Positions 1 through 9,509 of a DNA stretch of 64,000 nucleotides are shown here, piece by piece. Position numbers and translations under genes: made by a program. Numbering within the stretch: position 1 is the first letter of the stretch; each line of letters opens with the position of its first letter. The notes below the pieces were generated by a model that was not told where the DNA came from, did not search any database, and saw only the letters and a program-made list of their open reading frames with translations. This stretch comes from a virus, in the IMG/VR virus record IMGVR_UViG_3300009177_000034, positions 5,374 through 69,373 of that record. The stretch is one strand, 5' to 3'.

Positions 1-67
1 AGGCGCGGGGTGAACGGGGTGCGCGTGAGCCGGATGTCGATGGCCAGCACGGGCGTGGGTTTGCCCT

Positions 68-796
68 TCATCGGAGGCCTCCCTGTCGCAGGTTGCCCTC
101 GGCGGCGATCCGCACGTAGGGGTCAAGGTCGGGCTGGCGAAGGAGCCAGCGCAGGTAGTCCTGGGGCACGTCCGCGAACCGCTGGCCGCGGTGCTTGCCG
201 AAGGGCAGCACGACCGGGATGCGCGCGGCCTCCGAGCAGCGCCACAGCGTGCGCCAGTCGGTGATGCGCTCGTCGCGGGCGTCGGCCTGCTCCTGTGCCG
301 CCTCGATGGCCAGCAGGATCTCGGCCAGGATTATGTGACAGTGCCGCACGTCGGTGCGCGCCCCGTGCCCGTGCTCGGCGCGCGTCGCGCGGGCGACCTC
401 AGGGGCGTGCGCGTACAGCAGCGCGCCCAGACTGTAGCTGTCCGTCTCGCCCATGTCCGGCCAGCAGTAGCGCGCCAGCGCCAGCGTGTCGATGCGCCGC
501 ACGGGCGGCGATCCGATGACGGCAATATCAAAGTCGACGTTGTGCGCGATGACATACTCGGTGCCCTCGGGCAGCTTGAACGTCGTCCAGGGTTCACAGT
601 CGCGCACGTCTGCGTCGGTGATGTGGTGGATGGCCATCGCTCCGAAGTCGATGCGTTTCTCGGGGTTGTAGCGGGAATAGAACTCCTCGACAACCTCCAG
701 CGTCGCAATGTCCTTGAGACGTAGCCAGGCGATCTCGACTGGCCGCGCGCCTGGCCCTCGGCCGGTCGTTTCTGTGTCGAGGATGATCGCGCTCAT
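68..796 (-). CDS. DEDDh 3'-5' exonuclease (exonuclease X-like)
   Basis: ILDTETTG, IAHNVDFD and HGARTDV motifs, plus a C-terminal LPFGKHRG..VPQDYLRW subdomain; start reassigned to ATG 796. Confidence 0.9.
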   Translation of the reverse strand: MSAIILDTETTGRGPGARPVEIAWLRLKDIATLEVVEEFYSRYNPEKRIDFGAMAIHHITDADVRDCEPWTTFKLPEGTEYVIAHNVDFDIAVIGSPPVRRIDTLALARYCWPDMGETDSYSLGALLYAHAPEVARATRAEHGHGARTDVRHCHIILAEILLAIEAAQEQADARDERITDWRTLWRCSEAARIPVVLPFGKHRGQRFADVPQDYLRWLLRQPDLDPYVRIAAEGNLRQGGLR

Positions 797-1179
797 GTGG
801 CCGTCCACCGCGTGACGCCACGCCCGATGCGTTGCACATGGCGGCGAGAGATACCGTACGCGCCCATGATCTCGTAGCGGGGCACACCGGCCGCGACGGG
901 ACAGCGAGGGGCATGTCGGTAGTAGGCCGGTCCACTGACGAGACGCGGGCATGGGCACATCATGGGTGGATCAGCAGGGCGACCACGAGCGCCACGAGAC
1001 ACGTCAGGAGCAGCAGCCCGTAGGCCAGGACCTCGCCGCTCATGTCGCCGCCCGGCCTCTGTCGGTCGCGGCAGGCTTCGGCGTGCGGTTCCAGAGGCGG
1101 GCCCGGTCACGCCGGCGCTTCGCCCCGCGCCCCCGCCGCGTCGGTGGGCGCGAGCGGCCTACGTCGCGCTCGGGCAGCT

Positions 1180-1521
1180 TCATGCGGGCTCCTTGGTGGG
1201 GGTGAGCAGGGCATCGTAGCCGCACGTACACGGATCATCGGAAGCGGGGAAGCTCGCGCACGATGGCCGGTGGGACGTGTATTCCCAGTAGGTGTCGCGT
1301 TCCTTCCGCAGCGCGGCCTCCCGCGCCTCGGCCGCTTCTGAACGGGCCATCCACTTCATCCCTGCGGCCTCGGCCTGTGCGGGCGACGGGAGCGCCTCCA
1401 ACTTCTCCACGTGCGCCGCCACGAGGGCTAGGTCGGCGTCGTACTGCGCGCCGCACGAGAAGGGCATGGCTAATTGCGCTCGGCCCAGCCGCTCCAGCGC
1501 CGCCGCGATCTCGGGCGTCAT
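1180..1521 (-). CDS. hypothetical protein
   Basis: 113-aa ORF with natural composition, GAGG upstream, in operon order. Confidence 0.6.
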   Translation of the reverse strand: MTPEIAAALERLGRAQLAMPFSCGAQYDADLALVAAHVEKLEALPSPAQAEAAGMKWMARSEAAEAREAALRKERDTYWEYTSHRPSCASFPASDDPCTCGYDALLTPTKEPA

Positions 1522-1537
1522 CGCGTCCTCGGCTCGA

Positions 1538-2245
1538 TCATGCCGACACGCTCCGGACGGTCCGGGACACGGCCTTGACGCCGGGGATGGCCAGGTGCCC
1601 CTTGAGCGCCCGCGCCTGGGCGTCGAGGAACTGCTGGTTCGGCAGCAGCGCCTCGACCGGCTGCGCGCCCGCGGCGACGGCCTGGATCAGCGCCCACAGG
1701 TTCTCGACCTCCGCCGCCCACGCCTCCCGGGTCGAGATGCCCTCGACGCGGACGGGCGGGCGCACCGCCGACGGGGTGAACACGATGGGCGGCGGGCCGG
1801 CCAGGACCGCGGCGGCCGCCTCGGGTTTGCCCTCCGCCTCCAGCGCCAGGGCCCCGCGCATCTGCGCCTCCTCGCTCGCCCGCTGCGCCAGGATGGCGGC
1901 GTCCCGGGCGGCGGCCTTGGCCCGGGCGCGCTCGGCCTCATCCCAGGCGTCCATCTTCGCCTTCACGTCGCGCTCCGCTTCTTCGAACGGGTCCCGGACG
2001 AGCTTCTTCTGGGCGACGGCGATGCGGTGCGCGGCATGGGCCGCCCGCACGATGGGGTCGAAGATTTCGTCCACCTGCTTCTCGCCCGCCTTGATGGCGC
2101 GCAGCAGCGCCCCGGCCTGCCGGTAGCTGTCGGCGGTGGTGATCTCGACGGCGGCGGCCTGGCCGCTGATGGTCTCGCCCTGCTTGGCGAGCCCGGTGGC
2201 GACGGGCGGCAGGGGCGTGAGGGCCTCGGGGGCGGGTGGGGTCAA
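1538..2245 (-). CDS. coiled-coil phage protein of the recombination module
   Basis: 235-aa helical ORF; TTGA overlap with the upstream nuclease stop. Confidence 0.75.
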   Translation of the reverse strand: MTPPAPEALTPLPPVATGLAKQGETISGQAAAVEITTADSYRQAGALLRAIKAGEKQVDEIFDPIVRAAHAAHRIAVAQKKLVRDPFEEAERDVKAKMDAWDEAERARAKAAARDAAILAQRASEEAQMRGALALEAEGKPEAAAAVLAGPPPIVFTPSAVRPPVRVEGISTREAWAAEVENLWALIQAVAAGAQPVEALLPNQQFLDAQARALKGHLAIPGVKAVSRTVRSVSA

Positions 2246-2820
2246 TGGGTGCCTCGATCCTGGAGCGCCCTGTAAACGAGGAGGGCGGCGAAGAAGGTTT
2301 GCTCGGCGGCCTGGGCCTCGGCCGTCAGGTCGTGGAGGGCGAAGGTGCCGTTCTTCCGAAGCTGGACCACGAACACCGAGGACACGGGGGCCTCAGGGTG
2401 CGTGTCGTTCCACAGGCGCCAGTAGGCCGCGAGTTGGAAGCGGGCCGCCCACAGGTCTGGGTGGTCGGTGAACTTCCAGTCGATGAGGACCGTCGGCAGG
2501 CGGCCCAGGGTTCCCACGCGATCCAAGTGGCCGACATATCCCCACGCCGGATGGAGCAGACGGTGCTCGCTGGCGATGGCCTTGTGCTGCGTCTCGCGCA
2601 CGAAGGCGCGGTAGCCGTCCAGGCCCGGTCGCACCTCGGGGTGGACGCTGGCCTCGTCGAGGCGCCCCGCGGCGTCCAGTTCGCACGCCTTGTGCACCGC
2701 CGTGCCGAGGGCCGCCGCGCGCTCCCGGCTCGGGCCCTGGCTCCAGCCGGTCCAGCCCAAACCCGTCGCGGTCAGAATCTCGCTGACTCTCGGGTAGGCG
2801 ACGCCGTCAATCTCGATCAC
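2242..2820 (-). CDS. PD-(D/E)XK exonuclease (RecB/Cas4-like)
   Basis: YPRVSEIL, GTAVH, GYVGHLDR, LIDWK and QLAAY motifs; GTG start overlaps the upstream stop. Confidence 0.85.
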   Translation of the reverse strand: MIEIDGVAYPRVSEILTATGLGWTGWSQGPSRERAAALGTAVHKACELDAAGRLDEASVHPEVRPGLDGYRAFVRETQHKAIASEHRLLHPAWGYVGHLDRVGTLGRLPTVLIDWKFTDHPDLWAARFQLAAYWRLWNDTHPEAPVSSVFVVQLRKNGTFALHDLTAEAQAAEQTFFAALLVYRALQDRGTH

Positions 2821-3842
2821 AGTTCCCCCGCGACCTCCTTCAACCGGATGATGAACCGCTCGGCCTGCTCGGCGTCCAGCGCCGTGCTGGTCGTCTGCCC
2901 GAACTCCGCCAGGAGGATGCGCTTCGTCTCCCCCTTCTTGACCTTGTCGACGAGGCGCGACAGGCGGAAGTAGGCCAGCATATGCTCCTGCGTCATGCCG
3001 GCCGTCTCGAACAGTTGTCCGTTGATGGTGAACTGGGTGCGGGCCGGCTCGGGCTCGGGGGCGGGCGGCGGGTCGTCGTCGACCGGCGCCCGGCTCACCA
3101 GCGCGAGGCCCTTCCCGGTGCCCGACGGCGCGTCGAGGATGACCGTCTCCGTCGTCGCCTTGCGCTCCTGGGCCTGGCGGATCGACTCGGCCAGCGGCGC
3201 CGTCAGGTCGGGCTCGTCCACCGCGCGCGGCATGAAGCCGTCCGTCGCCGGCGCCGCCGTGGTGGCGGCGACCTCGTCCGCGCCCGCGGGGGCCCGCGCG
3301 TCCCCTAACTCGCCCTCGGTATAGACGGGCACCCCGCCCACCGCCTCCAGACAGAACCACTTCACCCCGTTGCTCATCGCACGGCAGAACTTCATGTTGC
3401 GCGGGAACTTCACGTGGGGGCTGTTCGCGCGGTTCAACCCGGCCATGACAACGTCGGCCTGCTCGTAGCGCGACACGCCCAGCGATTCGCGCTTGCCGTT
3501 GACCACTTCGAAGAACTCGATCTCGCACACGTCGGCGGTATGCTCCCGGATGCGGTAGTCGTACTTGCCCGACCGCTTGATGATGGCCCCGAGGGTGACG
3601 GCCGCGACCTCCGGGTGCCCCTCGACCATGTGGATGGACAGCATGGCCTGGATGGGTTTGAGGCCCAACTCCTGCCCGTAGAGCATCTTCACGATGGCCT
3701 GGCTTTGGGCCTTCACGTCGGGGAAGAACCCGCTCTTGACAAACACCTCGCTCAGGCCCGCAACGGAGAATCCGCTCTCGCCGAGCGCGACCTCGACGGC
3801 GTCTCGCTTGGCTGGCATCGTCCCGCCGTTCTCCTCGGTCAT
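2817..3842 (-). CDS. ssDNA-annealing recombinase (RecT-like)
   Basis: AIVKMLYGQELGLKPIQAM..IHMVEGHP, KFPRNMKFCRA and VYTEGEL motifs; adjacent to the exonuclease. Confidence 0.75.
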   Translation of the reverse strand: MTEENGGTMPAKRDAVEVALGESGFSVAGLSEVFVKSGFFPDVKAQSQAIVKMLYGQELGLKPIQAMLSIHMVEGHPEVAAVTLGAIIKRSGKYDYRIREHTADVCEIEFFEVVNGKRESLGVSRYEQADVVMAGLNRANSPHVKFPRNMKFCRAMSNGVKWFCLEAVGGVPVYTEGELGDARAPAGADEVAATTAAPATDGFMPRAVDEPDLTAPLAESIRQAQERKATTETVILDAPSGTGKGLALVSRAPVDDDPPPAPEPEPARTQFTINGQLFETAGMTQEHMLAYFRLSRLVDKVKKGETKRILLAEFGQTTSTALDAEQAERFIIRLKEVAGEL

Positions 3843-4462
3843 GGCTTCATGCTCCTGCTCCTGACGGCGACTGTGAGGGCATCGGCGACAGACCAGCCGC
3901 GGGTGAGCCTGTGCCGGATGGTGGCCACGAGTAGGCCTTGACGCCTGGCCCACTCGGTGAGACAGTGCGTCTCCTCGCCCAGGGTCAGGAGTCGGTTGGT
4001 TCGCTTGTTCTGCCCCTGCTCGCGCGTGGTCGCCCATCGGACGTTCCCTGGCGCGTACGGGCCGCTCTGGTCCGGGTATCGGTCCAAGGAGTGCTGGGCG
4101 GAGGGGCGGGGCCCTACGGCCCGAAGGAAGGCGGAAAAGTCGCGCCAGTCAGGGCAGACGGAGATGCCGCGCCCGCCGTAGTTCGCGTAGGACTTGTTGC
4201 GCGGGTTGGTGCATCGCTGGACCATCCGTTCCCATGTCTGATACTCGGCTGTTTTGGCGTGCTCTCGGCTGTGCCCGTGACGGGTCGACCTCTCGATGGT
4301 GGCGCATCCACACGAACGCGAGAGGCCTCGGATGAGATGAGTGTGCTGGACCAGCGACTCGGTCCCACACGCGCATCGGCAGAGCCATCGTACCTGTTTG
4401 CGCCGCTTCTCAGGTGCCGCCCGCGACAGCACCGTCCAGCGCCCGACCACCTGGCCGATCAT
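3839..4462 (-). CDS. HNH homing endonuclease
   Basis: GRWTV..WLCRCACG..SCGC..RCTNP..YGGRGI..SLDR..NVRWAT. Confidence 0.9.
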   Translation of the reverse strand: MIGQVVGRWTVLSRAAPEKRRKQVRWLCRCACGTESLVQHTHLIRGLSRSCGCATIERSTRHGHSREHAKTAEYQTWERMVQRCTNPRNKSYANYGGRGISVCPDWRDFSAFLRAVGPRPSAQHSLDRYPDQSGPYAPGNVRWATTREQGQNKRTNRLLTLGEETHCLTEWARRQGLLVATIRHRLTRGWSVADALTVAVRSRSMKP

Positions 4463-4650
4463 GGCGGCGGGACCTCGGGTGTTGGGGGTGGCGGCTTCCG
4501 CTTCGGGCGCGCGACGGTGAGCATCTGGACGCGGGCCGTGGCGAAGTCCAGGGTTTGACGGAGGAGGAACAGGGCCATCGCGTCGAGGGGGCGGTCCAGG
4601 GCGGCCTTCGCGGTCGCCAGGGCGTGCAGGGCCTCTGCCTTGGGTGTCAC
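4459..4650 (-). CDS. small hypothetical protein
   Basis: 63 aa, ATGA coupling to the HNH gene, downstream of the promoter at 4715-4743. Confidence 0.55.
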   Translation of the reverse strand: MTPKAEALHALATAKAALDRPLDAMALFLLRQTLDFATARVQMLTVARPKRKPPPPTPEVPPP

Positions 4651-4714
4651 CGGGGGACCTGCCCTTTCTGTCGGGTCGCCTGTCCCGACGCGCGACTACT
4701 CAGGCGAGGGCGCC

Positions 4715-4743
4715 ATCGTGCGCCCTGATTGTCAGCGTGTCAA
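4715..4743 (-). promoter_or_regulatory. repeated sigma70-type promoter, copy 1
   Basis: TTGACA-cgcTGACAAtcagggcg(17 nt)-CACGAT. Confidence 0.75.
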
Positions 4744-4756
4744 GGGCGGTGGGGCC

Positions 4757-4978
4757 CTAGACCAGGCGCGCGTGCGGAAAGGGCCCTTCGACCAAGCGGG
4801 CGCCTTGGAAGGGGCCTTCCACTAGACGAGCGTGCGCGAATGGGCGGGGGCAGTCGAGGCAGTCGCAGCCCTCGCCGTGGGGCATCAGGGTCGCGCGGTA
4901 CTTGCCCGCTGGGGTCGCTGGGCGCGTCCAGATGGTGGTCTTGGCTGCCGCCTGCCGGGTGCTGCGTGTGTTCTTCAT
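4757..4978 (-). CDS. small protein with HxxxCxCxxC motif and 10-aa repeats
   Basis: ATG 6 nt after the -10 box (probably leaderless); RLVEGPF repeats. Confidence 0.55.
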   Translation of the reverse strand: MKNTRSTRQAAAKTTIWTRPATPAGKYRATLMPHGEGCDCLDCPRPFAHARLVEGPFQGARLVEGPFPHARLV

Positions 4979-4984
4979 GTCCCC

Positions 4985-5013
4985 ATAGTGCGCTCTTGTT
5001 GTCGATATGTCAA
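4985..5013 (-). promoter_or_regulatory. repeated promoter, copy 2
   Basis: TTGACA-tatCGACAAcaagagcg(17 nt)-CACTAT. Confidence 0.7.
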
Positions 5014-5256
5014 CATGGAGATTGGCGACACGGCGGAGCCGCCTGTGATCGGCCCCGCCGCTGCCTGCCCTCGCAAGGGTGGCGCCCAGGCGCCACCAGC
5101 GACAACGAGCCTACGTCGGCTTGGCGGCCCGCGCAAGACGCGCGCGCTCGGCCCGATGAAAGACGCAGGCGCAGAGCGGGCCATGCGGCGGGGCCTCGCG
5201 CGCGGGCGGCGGCGGCGGGGCGACCCCGCGGCGGGGCGGCGGCGGGGGCGGCTTCT

Positions 5257-5709
5257 TCATGCCACCAGGAACTCGTGCCGGCCCTCGACCAGCGTCACGC
5301 GGGCGGCGTCGTACCACGCGGGCAGGTCGCCCAGGCGCCGCCCCGCGCGCGTCGCCGCGGGGTTGAGATAGAACAGCGCCCCGCCCGTCGGGTCGGCCTC
5401 CAGGCGCCAGTAGGCGAGACTGGCCGCGCGCCACGCCGCCTCCCACGAGGCCGGCGCGATGGCCGCCAGGCGCGCCGCGCGCGGGCCGGCGTAGTCGGCG
5501 TTCCAGGCGCTAAACTGCCGGGGGGCGAGGCACACCTGGACGATGCCGTCGCCCTGCGCGTCCATCCGGTTGCGGATGACCCACGCCACCGCCACTTGGC
5601 CACGCGGCGACTCCGACTCGGCCTCTAGCAGGACAGTCGCCGCGTAGAGCAGCAGGCCAGGCCAGGTCCGCGGGTCGGCCAGCGGGGGCAGCGGGAGGAG
5701 GCCGGCCAT
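5257..5709 (-). CDS. SleB-like cell wall hydrolase (probable endolysin)
   Basis: EAESESPRGQVAVAWVIRNR..QFSAWN..DPTGGALFY..GRHEF (Hydrolase_2 pattern). Confidence 0.88.
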   Translation of the reverse strand: MAGLLPLPPLADPRTWPGLLLYAATVLLEAESESPRGQVAVAWVIRNRMDAQGDGIVQVCLAPRQFSAWNADYAGPRAARLAAIAPASWEAAWRAASLAYWRLEADPTGGALFYLNPAATRAGRRLGDLPAWYDAARVTLVEGRHEFLVA

Positions 5710-6980
5710 CAGCGGGTCTCCAGGAGCAGCCCCGTGGGCACGCGGACCAAGAAGGCGTCGAGGCGGTCGCTCCCGTGGTTCGCCGTCCAGACGAACCACT
5801 CGCCCGTCGCATCCAGGTTGCCCTTCGGCAGCTTGCGGTAGTCGTCGCCCCCGCCCGGGGCGTCCAGGTCCACCAGGTTCGGCGCGATCACTACGGCCTC
5901 GCACTGGCCGTCGAGGCGGAACCCGAGAATCTCGTTGTTGCGGGGCTGGCGCTTCCGGTTGGCCCCCGAGCCCACCACGAACTGGCCGTCGGGGCCACCC
6001 GGCTGCGCGTTGGCGTGACTGATGTGGTTGAGGTCAGCGTTCCAGTTCGCCCCCTCGTAGACGACGCGCCCCTGCGGCGCCTGGGCCTCGTCGAGCATCC
6101 AGAGGCGCACGGCGTTCGGCTGGCCGTTCCAGTTGTCGGCGGCGACCATGTAGCCGAAGCCCAGGTCGGAGTGGCCGCCCGCGCCCTTGGGGTCCGTCAG
6201 CACGCGCTGGGTCCCGGCCCAGAGGTCCACGATGACGTTGTCCTCGCCCTCCAGGCCGTCGACGTTCTCCTTGATCACCAGGTAGCGCCCGCTCTTGTCA
6301 AGCTGACACTCGTCGTAGGGCCCCCGGGCGGGGAGGAACACGAAGGCCGTCTCGGGCGGGCGCCCCTCGTAGTAGACGAGGCTCCCGATGGCCGCGTTCG
6401 GCTCGACGGCCTCCTTCACCGTCGCGCTATGGACCCGCCCGTCGGCGCTGCTGTGCCACTGACGGAGGCGCTTCGACAGCGCGCGGTAGGGCGTGATGTC
6501 GACGGCGGCCACCACCGTCGTGACGGCCCGGTCCAGCACGTCGACGCGGTAGAGATGCTCGTCGTCCATGGCGAACAGGAGGTAGGGGTCCGTCGCGTGC
6601 CAATACCAGTTCTCCGCCGTCTGCCATGACAGCGGATGCGACGCGGGGAACACCGGCCCGAGCGGCTCCACCTGGCCGCTGGCCTTGTCGACCTTGTAGA
6701 GCGATGGTCCCGCGCCGCCACGGTTGCGCTCGATGCCGAGCAGCACCAGGAGATGGCTCAGGCCCGCGTGCGCGTTGATCCGGCGCCAGTAGGAGTAACC
6801 CACGTCCCACAGCGCGTCCTGGCCGGCCATGTCCGACGGGTGGGTGAGGCGGATGCCGAGCGTGCCGTAGGGCGCGGGGAACTCGAAGGGGCCGCGGTCG
6901 GGGAGCGTCATCTGACACGGCGGGCGCACGTCGCGCACACTGGGCGCCTCGCGGAATCCGCCGGGGTTCGGCATGGGCAC
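5709..6980 (-). CDS. beta-propeller-like protein
   Basis: 423 aa, repeated beta-strand/Gly-Asp turns; TGATG coupling to the hydrolase gene. Confidence 0.65.
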   Translation of the reverse strand: MPMPNPGGFREAPSVRDVRPPCQMTLPDRGPFEFPAPYGTLGIRLTHPSDMAGQDALWDVGYSYWRRINAHAGLSHLLVLLGIERNRGGAGPSLYKVDKASGQVEPLGPVFPASHPLSWQTAENWYWHATDPYLLFAMDDEHLYRVDVLDRAVTTVVAAVDITPYRALSKRLRQWHSSADGRVHSATVKEAVEPNAAIGSLVYYEGRPPETAFVFLPARGPYDECQLDKSGRYLVIKENVDGLEGEDNVIVDLWAGTQRVLTDPKGAGGHSDLGFGYMVAADNWNGQPNAVRLWMLDEAQAPQGRVVYEGANWNADLNHISHANAQPGGPDGQFVVGSGANRKRQPRNNEILGFRLDGQCEAVVIAPNLVDLDAPGGGDDYRKLPKGNLDATGEWFVWTANHGSDRLDAFLVRVPTGLLLETR

Positions 6981-7074
6981 GGCGGCCGACGACCCGCGCG
7001 CCGGGAAGGCGGCCCGCCGAGGCGGTGGACTGCCCTCGACGGGGCCCGACGCGGGGGCCGCCGACCTGTCGGAG

Positions 7075-7326
7075 CTAGCGGTTGCGCTGCGCCTGCGGGT
7101 TGTTCGGGTCCGGGGTGCCCCCGCCCGGCGTGTTGTCGGTGACGGCCTGCGCCCACTGCGTCGCCTTGCTGTCCATCTCGGTGGCGAGCGCCTGGAGGGC
7201 CGCCGGGTCGTTCGCCGCGTCCCGCACCTGCTGCGCGAACCCGCGCATCAGGGCCTCCACGGCGTTGCCCGCGTTGGTCATGCCGGTGACGGAGGTCTTC
7301 AAGCGGTCGATGTCGGCCTGGGCCAT
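7075..7326 (-). CDS. small helical protein
   Basis: GGGAG RBS; MAQADIDRLKTSV..NDPAALQALA. Confidence 0.7.
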   Translation of the reverse strand: MAQADIDRLKTSVTGMTNAGNAVEALMRGFAQQVRDAANDPAALQALATEMDSKATQWAQAVTDNTPGGGTPDPNNPQAQRNR

Positions 7327-7349
7327 AGTGGTGTCTCCCTTCGGAGGGG

Positions 7350-7562
7350 TTAGGGTTGGGTGGCGGCGTCGGCCGCCTGCGTCCACCGGGCGGTCGTCGC
7401 GGCCATCTGCTCGGACAGCGCCGTCAGGGCCGCACGGTCGGTGCCGAGGGCGTCGATCTTGCCGACCAGGTCGACGAGCACCAGGCGCAGGGCCTCTAGC
7501 TGCTCGGTGGTCGGCGGCAAGGGGGGCTCGAACTTGACGTGGTGATAGACGTGGATGTCCAT
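7350..7562 (-). CDS. small helical protein
   Basis: GGAGG RBS; C-terminal half resembles the adjacent protein (DxAALxAL..M....W.QA). Confidence 0.65.
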   Translation of the reverse strand: MDIHVYHHVKFEPPLPPTTEQLEALRLVLVDLVGKIDALGTDRAALTALSEQMAATTARWTQAADAATQP

Positions 7563-7587
7563 AGGGTCCTCCCCCGCATAGTGCAGC

Positions 7588-7731
7588 CTACAGGCGGCCA
7601 GTGACAAGCAGGATGACGAGGATCAGGACGACGAGGCCGACGGCGCCGCCGCCGAGGACCGGGCCGCCGTAGTGCCAGCCCGGCACCGCGAAGAGCAGGA
7701 CGACGATGAGCAGGACCCAGAGAATGTTCAT
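7588..7731 (-). CDS. small membrane protein (DUF3309-like)
   Basis: MNILWVLLIVVLLFAVPGWHYGGPVLGGGAVGLVVLILVILLVTGRL; below the ORF-track size cutoff. Confidence 0.7.
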   Translation of the reverse strand: MNILWVLLIVVLLFAVPGWHYGGPVLGGGAVGLVVLILVILLVTGRL

Positions 7732-7889
7732 TTGCCCAGCACCCCGCTATACCCCAGCACAATCACCAGCGACCAGAAGGCCAGGCCCGCGGCGACCAGG
7801 CGGTTCCAGTAGGGCTGGATCGGCGGCATCGTCGCGAGCACGAAGCAGACGAACGCGAACACCATCAGGATCATGGGCACGGGTGCCAT
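7728..7889 (-). CDS. small two-TM membrane protein
   Basis: MAPVPMILMVFAFVCFVLA..RLVAAGLAFWSLVIVLGYSGVLGK; ATGA coupling. Confidence 0.65.
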   Translation of the reverse strand: MAPVPMILMVFAFVCFVLATMPPIQPYWNRLVAAGLAFWSLVIVLGYSGVLGK

Positions 7890-7904
7890 GGAGTCCCCCT
7901 GTTG

Positions 7905-9509
7905 TCAGCGTGGCACGGACGCGCGCACGACGCCGTCCAGGGACAGCGTCACCGTGCTGGCCGTGACCTCGCACCGGAGCGTGAAGGTCGAGCCCGCGGG
8001 GCACGGCGTGGTGCCGAGCGGGCACTTCGTCGGGTTCGGCACCGGCGCCAGGGCGCCGAGCGGGGTGGCCACCACCAGCGTCGTGCCGGTCAGGCGGGAG
8101 ATGCGGAGGCCGCTGGTCCCGCCCCACAGGCGCGCGCAGCGGTAGCCGGGCACGTCGACCTCGTACCTGGCGCCGGCGAGGCCGCGGTGCACGAAGGGCG
8201 TCGTCACGTCCGCACTGCCCGGCGGCGGCGGGGGCGGCGGTGGGGGTGGCGGCGGCGGCGGGGGCGGGGCGACGGCGCCGCCGATGACAACCTCGGCCCC
8301 CGCGCTCGGCGACGCGCTCCGCACCTCGACGGTGATCTGGCTCACCGGGTCCGTCCAGGGCACGCCGACGGGCAGCGGGGAGCCCGGCGCGCCCACGCCC
8401 GGGGTCATGTCGAGGAGGAAGATGCCGTTGCTGCTGCCGCCCGTCTGCAGATGCACCAGCGTCCCGCCCGGGATGGTGTTCCCCGCGTTGACGCCGCGGT
8501 ACTCCAGGTAGAGGGCGTCCCCGGTGCCGGTGCGCCGCAGTTCCAGGGCGCTCGCGTTCGTCTCGTAGGGCAGCAGGCGATAGGTCCCCGCCGTCACGAC
8601 GCGCGGCTGCACCCACCCGGCGATCTTCTTCTGGGCCGCGTTCGGGTGGAGCGCGGCGCCGCCCATCACGTCGGCGGTGTCGCCGTACTCGCTCGTCGCG
8701 CAGCCCGAGGCCTTGAGCGGGACCGTGCCGCATTGCATCGAGTGCGAGTGCCACCAGCCGAGGTTGTGCCCGAGTTCGTGGAGCGACAGCATGGCGTAGG
8801 CCGTCGAGCCGTTGATCCACGCGCTCGACGGGTTGCCGCCGACGGTGCCCAGGCCAGCCCAGGGGCACGCGGCGCTCGACGGCTGCGCGTAGAGCTTGTG
8901 CATGTAGCGCGACAGGTCCACGCCGGCCGCGCGCGCCGCCGCGTCGGCCTTGCTGGCGTTGCCCCAGTAGTCGCAGGCCCCCGACGTGGCCGCGATGGCG
9001 AACGGCCCGACCGCCGTGACGGCCATGTCGAGGGCGCCGTAGGAGACCTCGCGATAGAACCGCGTGATCTCCGCCGCAGTTCCGGCGACGGCGGCGGGGG
9101 AGCGGGCGAGGTTCGGCTTGTCGGCGTAGTCGAGCAGGATCAGCACGACGGCGTGCGTGCCCCCGACGAGGCCGAGCGTCTGGGCGGCGCCGCCGGCGCG
9201 CTGGACGAGCGGGACGACGGTCCACTTCGGGCCCGGCTCGCGCGTGATGCGGACGCGGTCCCCGGACTGAAAGCGCGTGTCCGCCGCCGTGGTGCGGCGG
9301 AACACGAAGCAGCCGCCCGTGTCGGGGCAGACGCTGTAGACGTAGTGGCCGCCGCCGTGGCCGTCGTCAACGTGGAGCACGCGCACGACGCCGTCCAGGG
9401 TGACGCCGACCGGGGCCGCGGCCACCCGGGCGGGCGCCGCGGGGGCCACCGCCGGGGTGGCGAGGGCGCCCAGGAGCAGCAGCAGGCCCGCGAGCGCCTC
9501 GGCCCTCAT
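7905..9509 (-). CDS. secreted zinc metalloprotease (M11 gametolysin/M6-like)
   Basis: signal peptide, HELGHNLGWWH, EYGD..DVMG Met-turn, poly-Pro linker. Confidence 0.85.
   Translation of the reverse strand: MRAEALAGLLLLLGALATPAVAPAAPARVAAAPVGVTLDGVVRVLHVDDGHGGGHYVYSVCPDTGGCFVFRRTTAADTRFQSGDRVRITREPGPKWTVVPLVQRAGGAAQTLGLVGGTHAVVLILLDYADKPNLARSPAAVAGTAAEITRFYREVSYGALDMAVTAVGPFAIAATSGACDYWGNASKADAAARAAGVDLSRYMHKLYAQPSSAACPWAGLGTVGGNPSSAWINGSTAYAMLSLHELGHNLGWWHSHSMQCGTVPLKASGCATSEYGDTADVMGGAALHPNAAQKKIAGWVQPRVVTAGTYRLLPYETNASALELRRTGTGDALYLEYRGVNAGNTIPGGTLVHLQTGGSSNGIFLLDMTPGVGAPGSPLPVGVPWTDPVSQITVEVRSASPSAGAEVVIGGAVAPPPPPPPPPPPPPPPPGSADVTTPFVHRGLAGARYEVDVPGYRCARLWGGTSGLRISRLTGTTLVVATPLGALAPVPNPTKCPLGTTPCPAGSTFTLRCEVTASTVTLSLDGVVRASVPR

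Noticed and set aside
2242-2820. Cas4 as evidence of a CRISPR system
   Set aside because: Stand-alone exonuclease beside a recombinase, a normal phage recombination pair
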